DNA of 64,000 nt. Origin: Octopus vulgaris (Eukaryota). Positions 28,438 to 42,178 of the stretch are shown piece by piece. The stretch is taken from positions 97,836,001 through 97,900,000 of the forward strand of contig OX597819.1 of assembly GCA_951406725.2 (NCBI GenBank). The letters run 5' to 3'. Made by a program: the position numbers and the translations under genes. Position 1 is the first letter of the stretch, and each line of letters starts with the position of its first letter. The notes under the pieces are model-generated. The model was not told where the DNA came from. It made no database searches and saw only the letters and a list, made by a program, of their open reading frames with translations.

Positions 28438-29748
28438 CTGAATTGTTTCAGTAAAAAAAATAACACAAAAAGAATATACTTGGCAGATTCCAAGCCCGTC
28501 ACTAATAAGGCTCTCCTGTTTAAGCGAAGACACCTTTTGCGGTTTATGGTTGTCTAAGTTAGTCGGTGTATGCATGTGTGTGTGTGTGTGCATGTGGATA
28601 AACTTGTATTCATGTAGTGAGTATGTATGTCACTTCAGTACACAAGTTTGTTGTTTCATTACTGTTTATGCATATGTTTATCATATGTATACATTATCAT
28701 CTGCATATTTTCAGTGCAAGAACTTCAAACGGAGAATCCTTTGGAATGTTTAGCAAATATTTTTTAATTGCATTTAGAGAATCTGAATCAGTTTGCTGTT
28801 TTCTGTTTAGGAAAATCCCAGAATTTCTGGGATTTTATGCCAGTTCTTACTGGTTACTGCATCAGCAGAACTTGTGTAGTTTTCAGTCCAATATGGCTGT
28901 CATTACTGGTTGATTAAACTTAAATATCTTTATAACACACTAATAATTGTCTGTAAGCCGGCGTTTCACTGTATTAATATTTATAAAAGAAAAAGTCAAG
29001 ATCAAATATATCTTGAAATAATGTAAATATTATTTATATCAAATTCAGGAATATGACATCTAAATAAAAGTAATAAAGACGAGGCAAATAGTCCGGAAAA
29101 CTTTAATTATCGTCATAACTGACGGTTTTAGACAGAATAGTTTGAAATATTATTAGCTTTCAATCTGAGTGAAGACCAAACAACTGCTACTCACCCACGG
29201 TGTCCTAATTCATACTTCAACAAACACGTTATTTATGAATGATAAAGCTAGTTAATTAGCTACGACAATTACGCATACATGAATATAAACGTATTAGATT
29301 TAGTGTGAAAAACTAACCATAATCTGCATGCCGGGGCTGAACAAATATCATTCACTTGGCTCTTTTCGGTTTGTTATAGCTGGTCGTTTATAATGTGTTC
29401 GTACGCGCGCGCGCGCGTGCATGTGTGTGTCAGACAGACAGAAACAGAGAGACAGACATACAAGGAAAGAAAAAGGGAGAAGCAGGGAGAAAGTGAGGGG
29501 AGAGAGAGAGGGATGGAAAGAGAGAGAGGGGAGTATGGTATAACTTGAGCAAGCCATTATCAAATAAATCATAACTCGCGAAACTGATTAATTATTATGA
29601 TTACGTAATCAGAGACTAATTAGTCGTGTGAATAGAGCCACTTGCATATTGTATTAAATGGGACCTACTGTGCCAGAAATAATACTAGCGTGGTTCTACT
29701 AGAGACATTTTAGAATATACTTTGTACACTAGTATATAAAAGCGTTTA

Positions 29749-29796
<48 letters not shown>

Positions 29797-29891
29797 GGAC
29801 TAGCCTGTGGGTGTGTGCATATTGACACACGCACACAGACACACATACACACACACACATATATATATACACATACATATATGTATATATA

Positions 29892-29972
<81 letters not shown>

Positions 29973-30028
29973 TTTATAGAAGGAGCTTACCTTATTTACT
30001 GTGGTTAACCCCGACTCAACCCGGGACC

Positions 30029-30095
<67 letters not shown>

Positions 30096-30349
30096 ATAGC
30101 AAAAGAGGGACTGGTGTTTCCACACAGGTAAAAATATAGGAAAATATGTTGTTGAAATTGCATTTAAATTTCAAAAGCTCGTAAATGTTTAAAATACATT
30201 TATATACATATACACCAAACTAGTTTCAACAATATTTTTTGTTCATCAATGGTAAAAGTGTAAAATTAGAAAAACATCGTTATAAGTTTCAACGTTGACA
30301 AATCAAAATGCTTCAATGTTGATAAATTAAAGTGTTTCAATGTCAATAA

Positions 30350-30435
<86 letters not shown>

Positions 30436-30443
<8 letters not shown>

Positions 30444-31060
30444 ATGAGGGTGTCTAAAAGACACCAACATGCCGAAATAGCAGTCGAAACTCTGACTATA
30501 AACCACGTTAAATGTTCACATCGCACCATGAGGTAAAGCGGAGGGACAAAACATACAAGCAAAAATTATTGAATAATTCAAGATCCAAGGATTTCTGGTT
30601 CTGCTTTAGATAAGCTTTACCGTCATCAATTGAATATATCAAGGGTACATAAATACAGATATATATATATGCACAGCAAACGATATACTTACATATACGA
30701 GCGTCGTACATACATACATATGCACGTATGGACACAGCCAGTCTGAATCGCCCGCCAAATCACCGCATAAGTACGATATGGTTAAGATAAGCACCGCAGT
30801 GAATATAATAACGAATTATATAAATCTATATATGAGGATAATATCGATATTTAAGTGTCGAAATTATCAAGTGGCCAGCATGAAAGAAATACCTTACAAA
30901 GGTAAGAAAATTTTTAACAATTAAAAATGAGGGTGTCTAAAAGACACCAACATGCCGAAATAGCAGTCGAAACTCTGACTATAAACCACGTTAAATGTTC
31001 ACATCGCACCATGAGGTAAAGCGGAGGGACAAAACATACAAGCAAAAATTATTGAATAAT
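30436..31060 (+). mobile_element. Short non-coding element bounded by identical ~140-bp direct repeats (Penelope pLTR/retrozyme-like)
   Basis: 30436-30575 equals 30919-31058. The repeat begins with a degenerate hammerhead-like ATGAGG..CCGAAATAGCAGTC and is flanked by (TA)n. Confidence 0.65.
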
Positions 31061-31560
31061 ATATATATATATATCAGTTTTAGTATCCAGAAGACCTAAG
31101 ATGGTAGGTAAAATTATGTAAGTGATACGGAAGGATCGTAGATAGGCTCCCGGTTCGATAATAGTACGAATGGGGAGTCTAATGCGGGTCGTGTGTGAAT
31201 ATGTATATATTAAATAAAATGGGACAACGAAAGCAGGGCAGTGTGAAAATTTCTAGGGCATTTATAAAGAGAAAGCTAGTCTTACAGCTGTTTTAAGGAT
31301 ATGAGGGATACCCCTTCATCAGAGACGATATGAGAGAGTTAAGTAGAGGGAAATAGTAGGGTTCAATATAAGAAGTATTTTGGAAAGGAGAGATATAAGA
31401 CGTATAAAGGCTAAATAAGCTGTTCTCAACTGGAATCCATATGACTCTTGGGCGTTCATATAAGATTTTGTTGTTAAAATTTATGGGCAATGAATTGGTT
31501 ATAATTCTACAATAAACAAAATATTTTCTTACGTTTATGTGTTCGTTTTGCAAGAATTCT
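31060..31560 (-). mobile_element. Penelope-like terminal fragment with hammerhead-like motif
   Basis: Minus strand CTGATGAAGGGG...CCTTAAAACAGCTGTAA at 31282-31322. Confidence 0.5.
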
Positions 31561-31664
31561 GTAGTGAAATCGTGTTATATTTGGGGACGGTCATTCTTTT
31601 TTTCTATTTTTCTTTCTTTTTTTTTACCAAATAAATACACGCACTCTTTCTCTTTTACTCTTTT

Positions 31665-31864
31665 ACTCTTTTACTTGTTTCAGTCATTTGACTGCGGCTA
31701 TGCTGGAGCACCACCTTTAGTCGAGCAAATCGACCCCGGGACTTATTCTTTGTAAACCCAGTACTTATTCTATCGGTCTCTTTTTTTAACCGCTAAGTGA
31801 CGGGGACGTAAACACACCAGCATCGGTTGTCAAGCTATGCTAGGGGACAAACACAGACACACAA

Positions 31865-31899
<35 letters not shown>

Positions 31900-32062
31900 T
31901 ACGACAGGCTTCTTTCAGTTTCCGTCTACCAAATCCACTCACAAGGCATTGGTCGGCCCGGGGCTATAGCAGAAGACACTTGCCCAAGATGCCAAGCAGT
32001 GGGACTGAACCCGCAACCATGTGGTTGGTTAGCAAGCTACTTACCACACAGCCACTCCTGCG
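31665..32062 (-). mobile_element. SINE family A, full-length copy
   Basis: Head GCGCAGGAGTGGCTGTGTGGTAAG...GGTTCAGTCCC through to the A-rich tail. Confidence 0.85.
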
Positions 32063-33138
32063 CACTATATATTCGTTCTTCACTTCGGCTTTATCATTGC
32101 TCTTATTTTTGTGTCCTTTGTCTTAAATCTTTCGTCACACATCCTATGACCTCTTCAGCGACTCTCCGTCCCACATGTCTCCTCCTGTTCAGAATAATTC
32201 CGCCAATATTTCTTTTGTTTGCAGTTGACAACATGTGCTGTCACGCACAAAATGACGGCTTCCAAATCCTGTTTCCTGAATAGGTAAAAATTATCAAACT
32301 TTAAACCTCTATAACTTATTTTAAAATTTTTTTCTCGGAAAAGTGAAATATTTCCTGAGATTCTACTTGGAAAATTATATTCATACACCAAATTTAAAAC
32401 ATTTTAATAAACTTTGAAATTTCCACAGGTGCAGCTAAACAAATGATCCCGATTCTATCTTTCTGTCAAACTATTTTCGCAAATTTTTCATACAATCCTT
32501 AATAATGTTTAATTATAAAAATGTAATAGGATATTTTTAAAGATTGAATCGCTATCAGGGTCCACTCGAGTAAAATAGGAATCAAAGGTGTCCATCAGTA
32601 AAAAATGGTGTGAGAACCATCGCTGTACAATCATTGTCGATAGGCCAGTTACTATAATATTTTTCCTGAGATAACATGTTATATAGATCTGCTGTGTTCA
32701 AAATGTATTGGTACACTGAAATAAACACTAGGGTTGCAATGACTTTAGTAGACAATACATTTTCGAACGATTAGATGTGTTTTTTGTGCTTGTGAAGCGT
32801 TTCATAATGCAAATCTGAATTAAACAGATAATACACACAGATACACCCTATACATACATACATACATACATACATACATACATACATACATACATACATA
32901 CATACATACATGCATACATACATACATGCACGACGCGCGCGTGCACACACGCGCACACACATATACACATATATCGTATAGAAATATGTCGTATAAAAAT
33001 ATTTTTATAAAGTCAAAACGTTATCTGAGATAGAACTCAATACCTTGTGTAGAATGAATAGATATACTTATATCAAAATATATTTACTCCATGTCACGCC
33101 CTTGGATGGTCACGAGCGTCGTGACTAGGCAAGGGTGA

Positions 33139-33208
<70 letters not shown>

Positions 33209-33328
33209 TCTTATATATTTGCATGCATATGCGCCTGTATAAGTGTGTGAATGAATGCATGTATGTGTGTGTATGAACATGTGTGCATGCGTGTGTGTAC
33301 ATGTGCATGTGCATGTACACACACACAT

Positions 33329-33372
<44 letters not shown>

Positions 33373-33474
33373 GACACGTAAGGTGTTGGAATATGTCTTT
33401 TAAATATTTTATGGAGCTTAGCGCAAGGTTATATATGCATCTATGTATGTACACACATATGTGTGTGTATGTAT

Positions 33475-33516
<42 letters not shown>

Positions 33517-34259
33517 GAGCGAGTGTACGTAGATCTAAGTGTTTATGAGCAAATATTTATTTATATAAATGTATATACGGATATGTCAGCGCGCATGTGA
33601 GTCTGTGTATGTGTGTGTATAAACGCTCAGGCACGGACACACACCCAACACACATCTATATGATCAGAGAACGTCCAAAGGGTGTTTAGGGTCTCATTAT
33701 TGTCCGGTTTATGACTTTATTTAGCCGTGGCTTTCTTTGTCCGTCCAAATAGGGTCCAGCGTGTGTAGTGTAGCGGGTAAGCACCATAGAATAGAGTACT
33801 TGATAATGGGCTGATGGTAGGCAATGGGATTGAGTTGGGGTGGTGGTGGTGGTGGTGATGACTGGTGATGGCTGGTGCAGGCGGCTGCGGTGGTGACGGC
33901 GGTGGTGACGGCGGTGGTGACGTCGGTGGTGGTGGCGGCTGTGGTGGTGGCGGTGCTGTTCTTATCGCTTGCCGCTGGATAAATATATATCTGATTGAAA
34001 AATATAATAAAACAAGATTAAGACAGAAAGCGATATGCATGTGTGTATGCATGCATGTAAGTATAATATATATATACATATATATATCGTATATTACACA
34101 CATGTATATATATATATAATGTTTGTGTATGTGTGCGTGCGCATGTGTGTGTGTGGGTGTATTCACAGATATCAATATAATATATATTATGTAGACAGAT
34201 GATAGGTAGATAGACACTCAGACAATCATACACACACACGCACATATATACGTAGATAC

Positions 34260-34309
34260 ATATCAACATACATACATACATACATACCTACACACATACA
34301 GACAGACAG

Positions 34310-34385
<76 letters not shown>

Positions 34386-34465
34386 GGATAGATAGATAGA
34401 TAGACTATTATACAAATAGATAGATAAATAGACAGACAGACAAACAGACTGAGAGACAGACAGAC

Positions 34466-34516
<51 letters not shown>

Positions 34517-34525
34517 CAGATAGAT

Positions 34526-34560
<35 letters not shown>

Positions 34561-34567
34561 GGCAGAC

Positions 34568-34623
<56 letters not shown>

Positions 34624-34975
34624 GAATAGATAATGTGAATGGAACGACATACGGTCTCGTAGCCTGAGTGCGCTACAGAGGGTAGGGAGGAGTCATTAAA
34701 CTGTATTATTGTTACCGTTGTTGTTGTTGTTGTTATTATTGTATCTGTGAAAGAGACGTTGATGTGCCTTAATGGTCGATATTAAGAGATCATTGAAAAT
34801 ATGTGACAGTCTTTTGGTAACGAGGGAACTATAAACACTTTGTTGTTGCTATTGTTGTATTTGTTATTGTTTTTGTTACTATTGAACTGATGGAGATGTT
34901 GTCGGTGATGCTTTGTGCCGTTTATAAACCTTTCAAAGGCTTCCTTCATTGACCACCGCTGTCTACACCCACCTC

Positions 34976-35017
<42 letters not shown>

Positions 35018-35117
35018 CACACACTCTCTCTCTCTCTCTCCCACCCGCGCCCCACGCATGCATTCACATAGATATTTCGGAATCCGTTACTACCAATACG
35101 ACATATGTGTGTGTATC

Positions 35118-35160
<43 letters not shown>

Positions 35161-35200
35161 ATGTATGTATGTATGTATGTATGTATGTATGTATGTATGT

Positions 35201-35264
<64 letters not shown>

Positions 35265-35700
35265 ATATGTGTGTATGTGTATGTGTATTTATGCCTGTGT
35301 GCTTATATTATATGTCTATGAGTGTGTGTTGTGCCTGTGTCTGTGTGTGTTGTGTGTATATATGTATATATGTATGTTTATCTATCTGTCTATCTATCTG
35401 TCTGTCTATCTATCTATCTATCTATCTCTACATGTGTGTTTGCATGAATATCTACATACGTACACACATACACACACGCATACATACATACACACACATA
35501 CATACATAAATAATTCATACATACATACACACATACATGCATACATACATACATACATGCATGCATACATACATACATACATACATACATACATACATAC
35601 GTACGTACATACATACATACATACATACATACATACATACATACATACATACATGCATACATACATGCATACATACATACATACATACATACATACATCG
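34260..35700. repeat. Large compound microsatellite field (GATA, GACA, TATG, CATA, CA)
   Basis: Seen directly; it accounts for all ORFs here. Confidence 0.95.
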
Positions 35701-37414
35701 TAGATATTGACGAAAAGTGGAGAAAGTGCTAGGATACATTTGCAGAGTATATTCCAACTGATGGAGCTTTCTGTTATCCCGAAATTTCCCTGACGTTTTG
35801 TGATTTAATCGGACAGAATAAACTATATGAAATATGAATAAATAGCTAAATAAATACGTAAATCGATAGAAAAAGAATTGAGGAAAGATATGGGGCGTTT
35901 GGTAGGAAATGATTGGTGGTTGGCGATGACAATTCAATTTGTAGAAATTACAAATATTACTAATTTGCAAGGTGGTAGTCATTGCAGAGGGAAGGTGATG
36001 AAATGGCACGACGAAGGAGTGGAAGATGACACGTCTTTAACTAACGAGGTGAAAGGAGATTGCAGACTGGATAGATGACGGGAAGTCTGAGAGCTAGAGT
36101 AAGATAAAATCCAAGAATCAAATATCAAATGAATTATCGAAAGTGGACTCTCATCTGCATACTACAGTTTTGGGGGTCGAGTTATTAGTGTTCAATGCTT
36201 CATTCGATATAGTTAAACCAATTAATGGTGGCATTACAACTATGTAAAAGATAACATACTAGATTCGTTGGCAAGAGGTGAAAGTTTAGTGTTCGTCTTA
36301 GTTTCCAATATTCTCAGAATTTCGAATTTATTAATTTAAACTATCAAATCGGCTGCCATTTTGGATGATATATGAATTTTATCTTGGTTAATACGCTCAC
36401 TTTCATTGCCAATGAACTAGTTCAAATATGGCACAAATAGAAATTCGAGATACCTTTAGAAAAATTCCCCCTTTTCTTCTGCCACTAGTAAACCGTTTAC
36501 ATTTGTCATCATGTAAGTCAAACACTTAGTTTTCACATATACACTCACACAGACCAACGACGGGAAAAATCCCGCGAGCTTTGCACCAATTACCCTTCGC
36601 CTCCATGCAGCAAAGGCCTCTACAACAACAACAAGAGATTTTATATCAAAACAAATATTTGTTTTTACTTCCAATTCGTAACAGCAGTTTTTATAAACAT
36701 CGTAACGGTTGAATAAACACTAAAATGAATATAATTTCTTTCAAAGGAAATAATTAATTATGTAACACGCAGCTTTTCGCGGCATTTTTTTTTTAAACAA
36801 TGACTTCTCAACATGTTACACGCAGTCTTACTCAAATTTCTTTGTAGTTACATTTTAACACTTATAGCTATTTCCATTGTCTGAGACTGGGAGCAGTTCT
36901 GATCCAAGCATTTATAGAATAAATATTTTTGCTAATTTAACCGATTTACTTTTCATATTGCTGCTTAACCTGTACGTACGCTTTTCTTTAAAACTGTAAT
37001 TGTCATTTATACATGTTCCGAGGCAGTCTTAACGGTCTGCTACTTCAAACTGTGTGTCAATCTTTTGGCTTCGTAGTTTATTGGATTGTAGCTGCTGAGG
37101 GAAGTCTTTTATTACCTGTTTGTGAAGATATTTACCAAAGCGCATGGCATGTGGTTCTGTCTTTACCAATAGATTACTAAACTTTTCAAAGTCAAATAAA
37201 ACTTATTTTAGATAAATGTCATGTATATTTAGCGAAATGTTTCTCAACATATTCTCGATCTCAATAATTCACTTACGGCAGAGTTTTGGTGGTAAGGCGA
37301 TATTTTTCAATCAGTGTGAGTGCCATAAAATGCCATTCGGTTTACCGGTCCCTTCTCACAATAGGCGCCTCGCAGTGAACAGTGAAATCTAACAGTGAAT
37401 AGCGAACATTACGT

Positions 37415-38123
37415 GGATCTTTTCAATTTGATGGCAAGATTTAAAAATTTTTTTGAATACTGGTAGAATGTGTCACGTAGAACAGGGTTTACTCTTAATG
37501 CTTTTGACAAAATTTCGTATTTTAGAAGTTATTTCGTGTTAAAGTTGTCGTATTTGGGTAATTTTATGTTCGCTTAGGAGTTCATTACTTCTAAAAAAGA
37601 ATAAGACAAAATAGTCATGGCTGGAATGCCTTTTCTCACAGATCCATTACAATCAGAGCTATCCTGTAGTTAAAACAATATTCTTCATTGAATGATGTAG
37701 CAGCAAAAGTTAAAGAAAAGATGAAAGAATAAAAGATAGCAAGTATGAAACTTCGGATACTGGTTGAATGTGTCAGAGGTCTTTCTATTCTGTACATAAA
37801 AAAGTTTGGCTACTTTTTCTAGCAGGTCATGCAATCACATTAAAGAAGGGTTATTAAAGAAGGGTTTTGGTAGGGAGTGGACCCAGAAGTTATTCTTCGC
37901 AAACAGCAGCAGTAATTTTCTTCAGCTGAATACATGTCAATGATTGGTTAAAATTACCCAAATACGATAACTTTAACACAAAATAACTTCTAAAATACAA
38001 AGTTTTGTCAAAAACGTTGAGAGTAAACCCTGTTCTATGTGACACATTGTACCAGTATCCGAAGTTTCAAAGTGTTTAGTAAAAAAAGAATTAAAAAATC
38101 TGGCCATCAAATTGAAAAGATCC
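37415..38123. mobile_element. MITE with ~150-bp terminal inverted repeats (GGATCTTTTCAATTTGATGG...)
   Basis: 37415-37566 is the reverse complement of ~37949-38123. The GGATCTTT terminus is shared with the 26590 element. Confidence 0.8.
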
Positions 38124-38256
38124 CATTACGCCAAGTTCTGTAGTATACTGATGGTACTGCATCAACAATATACAAACATACATACGTACGTACCTACATA
38201 CATGCATTCATACATACACATGTATCTAGATATATTTGTATATCTACACGCGCGCA

Positions 38257-38318
<62 letters not shown>

Positions 38319-38389
38319 CATATATACATACATATATATATACATGTGTCTATGTATGTATATGTACGCATGAACAGAAAGAGGAAGAT

Positions 38390-38577
38390 AGGCATAGGCA
38401 TTGCTGTGCGGTAAGAAGCTTGCTCCTTAATCACATGGTTCCTCGGGCAAGTGTCTTCTACTGAAGCCTCGGGCCGACTAAAGTTTTGTGAGTCGATTTG
38501 GTAAACGGAGACTGAAAAAAACCCGTTGTATGTATGTATGTATGTATGTATGTATATATACATATATATATGTGTGC

Positions 38578-38613
<36 letters not shown>

Positions 38614-38775
38614 CATTGTGTCCGTAATTGTTCCTCCACAATCGGTTTGGCATAAGAGACGGATAGAATAAGTACTAGGTTTAAAAAATAAGTCCTGGGG
38701 TTGATTTGTTCAACTAAAACCCTTCATGGTGATACCCCAGCATATCCGCTGTAAAATGACTGAAACGAGTAAAAA
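38390..38775 (+). mobile_element. SINE family A copy
   Basis: Head and body, with an internal microsatellite. Confidence 0.7.
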
Positions 38776-38786
38776 ATAAAAGATAT

Positions 38787-38881
<95 letters not shown>

Positions 38882-39279
38882 TGTATGTATGTATGTATGT
38901 ATGTATGTTGTATGTATGTATGTATGTATTTATGTATAAATACATACATACATACATACATACATACATACATACATACATACATACATAGTAAATAAAG
39001 TGTTAAACACTTACTGTTTTCTAATAAGTGACTCCGGTTCTCTGGAACTACTAGATTTCGTGTATATGTATAAACGCCACTGCTGAGACCCCAATAAGGC
39101 TCGAAAATCGATTTACGTTGTTCCTACCTTTTTGAATATATTGAAAAATACGTACATTTACCCTGTTTGTATGTCAACTAGGTAAACGTCCACGCGCGCG
39201 CGAAGACACACATGCATGCCCCCCCCTCTCTCTCTCTCCCTCTCACACACACACACGCGCGCATACATGTATGTATATT

Positions 39280-39693
39280 AATAATTATGGCACATCCTCC
39301 CTTGGAGGATGTGCCATAATTATTTCAGTTTCTGTCTACCAAATCCACTCACAAGGCTTTGGTCCGCCCGAGGCTATAGTAGAAGACACTTGCCCAAGGT
39401 GCCATGCAGTGGGACTGAACCCAGAACCATGTGGTTGGCAAGCATGTTACTTACCACACAGCCACTCCTGTCTAAGTTCCTTGGCTGCTGAAGATAAGTT
39501 TGGGCAATTGTCGTGCTGGTGACGCTTATTGAGGCAGAAACCCCTCTCTCCGAGTGTTCTCTTATCTCCAAACAGTCAGCTTGTCTTTTCCCTAATGCTA
39601 TGTCAGTTTCAGAGAATTGTTGATTCTTGCGATTATCTCCCCTTCTGATATGGAGCAAGTCTCAACAGCCTACTGATAATTATGGCACATCCT
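39280..39693. mobile_element. Small TIR element (AGGATGTGCCATAATTAT termini) with SINE A insertion and an adjacent third TIR forming a hairpin
   Basis: TIRs at 39306-39323 and 39676-39693; perfect 21-bp hairpin at 39280-39324; SINE A head at 39322-39470. Confidence 0.6.
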
Positions 39694-39767
39694 TTAGAAA
39701 CGGAGATAATTTTATGAATCAAGAATTTATATTGTATGGTATTTGATATACTTACAATTGTTTGTTT

Positions 39768-39853
<86 letters not shown>

Positions 39854-40247
39854 ACGCGCCGGCACGAATGTGTGACTACATGCGTGATAGGATTGGTTGG
39901 TTTGAGAGAAATAAGTTATATTACTTAGGGACACCATCTACAAAAACAACAGTAGTTAAGTAAGTGTTAATAGTTTAAGTGGCAGGATCATTAAAAGTTA
40001 ACTCGAAACAATTATGGGAAAATTTGTAATCAGGGGAAACTGGTTGATATCAATTAGAAATAATTCTCCGGTGTAATTAATTAATTAATTAATTAATGTA
40101 CATCATAAGACCAAATTTTCCACCTCAGCAACGTTTTCTTTTACCACCTTTCTCATTCTTCTACTTCCCATCATTGTCGTCGCTGTCATGATCATGATCA
40201 TGATCATCGTCATTATCAACACCATCATCATTACCGTCAATGTCATT

Positions 40248-40306
<59 letters not shown>

Positions 40307-40354
40307 GTTTACTTAGCTACTTATACATCTCTTTATACATGGATATGCATACAC

Positions 40355-40398
<44 letters not shown>

Positions 40399-40999
40399 GC
40401 ACACATACACACACACAAACATATAGTGGTGTGCACTACCACTCCTAAGAGAAGTCAGATATTAATGAATCTCATGAACGGACACATTCACAAGTAGACA
40501 AACAAATGGTTTGATTAGGGTATAATCAATTTGGCGAGGAAACTAAAGAGAAAATATTACGACGATGACCACCACAGATCTACAATGGAAGAATTCACCA
40601 CGTGTAGTTGAGGGTAAAGAAATCGTTGAACGACAGTAAGTACGTCCAAAATTTATAAAGCAGTGACATACATACATACATAGATACTTGTAGCACACAT
40701 GTATATACGTGCAGAGTGAAAATAAATCACACTATTTAATGTGACGGACTACACTGCAAAAAAATCAAAAATTTCATTTCTGTTTACAAACTTTCCCCGT
40801 GTCTATACGCACAAATACTTTTATGTATACACACGCAATATTTAAGAAAAAAAGGAATATACACAAAAAAGAACGAAACATGTGTATATACACACACAAT
40901 ATTTAAGAACAAGGAATATACACAAAAAAGAACGAATCAAAACAAATATTTTATATTTTACTTTTATCGTATTGTTGTTTACATTTTCTGTCTCTACGG

Positions 41000-41393
41000 A
41001 TGACCAGAACCAACAGAATCGCCATGGTGAAATCCATAGCGGCGTGCGATAAGACTGGTCGCTGCTCTAAAATAGAACACTGCCCAGAAAATCACACCTG
41101 CCACATCTGTACGGAACCCGAAAATACGTTCCGTAATCGCTGGGTCGAATGTGGGACATGTCTCATCTCTGTCTGCCTCCAATGTGCCACGGACTTTCAG
41201 AAGATCCCAGGCCAAAAAAAGAGCCATCATAATGCTATGATGGATAGACTCTGGAAGTTGGTTCAGCTTAAATCTTGGACTTTTCAGTGTCAGGCCTGCG
41301 TGCCTCCACAACCGACGATTGTGTCTCCCCCTGCCACTCCCGTGGAGGAGGCGGAACAGCAACAGCAGCAACAACAAAATCAACCACAACCAG

Positions 41394-41426
<33 letters not shown>

Positions 41427-42178
41427 TAGAGCAGCAGCAACAACAAAATCAACCACAACCAGAGCAGCAGCAACAACAACATCAACAACAACAACAGCAA
41501 CAACAAAATCAACCACAACCAGAGCAACAGCAGCAACAACAACAACACCAATTGATCAGTGCGGTTCTTGCAGAACTGCAACAATCGATCTGTGCTTTAA
41601 AAGGGGAAGTAGCAGGAATAAAAGCAACCATTCAGGTTGGACTCCACAATGAGGGGTCTTATCGGAATGCTCTGCTAAAGAACCTCCCTGTACCTGTACC
41701 TCTTGTCGCATTTAAGACCGCGGATTCTGCCACCCATGAAGTCATTGCCATTGGGGTGCCAGAAGACATGGCTGATCTTCAGGCTTTTGCTGCCAACTCA
41801 GCCAAAGACCTAGGCTGCGTTCCCCCAACGGGTGCTATCCGCCTTGGACGACCTGGCCCAAAACCTAGGCTCATCAAGTTGTCTTTTACGGACCCCACTG
41901 AGGCAACCTCTTACCATCTGGCCTCAGTTAAAGCTGGGCGGGAAAATCGGACCACCTTCCGAACACGCCCAGGCTTACCGTCCGATGTACGTCCGAAGCT
42001 ACGTGTAGTGGCTTCCCTGAATAGGAACTCAGCTCTACAGGAAAGCTTCAGTCTTCGGGAAGATGGACAAATCTGGAGATTTGTCAAGACTGCTGAAACG
42101 TGGAAGAGAGATACCAGCTGGTCTGAGTGCTCTCTACCCACAATAACTAAAAAGACTACAGCAACTCAGGGAAACTAA
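41000..42178 (+). CDS. LINE ORF1 (PHD-like Cys cluster, poly-Q linker, coiled coil, RRM-like C-terminus)
   Basis: 392 aa; CHIC..WVECGTC..CLQC..FQCQAC; Qn-NQPQPE x3; IRLGRPGPKPRLIKLSF, typical of CR1/L2 ORF1. Confidence 0.85.

Noticed and set aside
28617-28913. Plus-strand ORF with a hydrophobic N-terminus
   Set aside because: Wrong strand for the EGF-TM gene, no recognisable domain, and T-rich composition explains the hydrophobicity.
33717-34217. Pro/His-rich ORF (PPPPQPPPP..HHHHHH)
   Set aside because: Derived from a (GGT/GGC)n tract fused to microsatellite; no splice or domain support.
41275-41652. Thr/Ala-rich mucin-like ORF and antisense Leu/Val-rich ORFs
   Set aside because: Alternative frames of the LINE ORF1 poly-Q tract.
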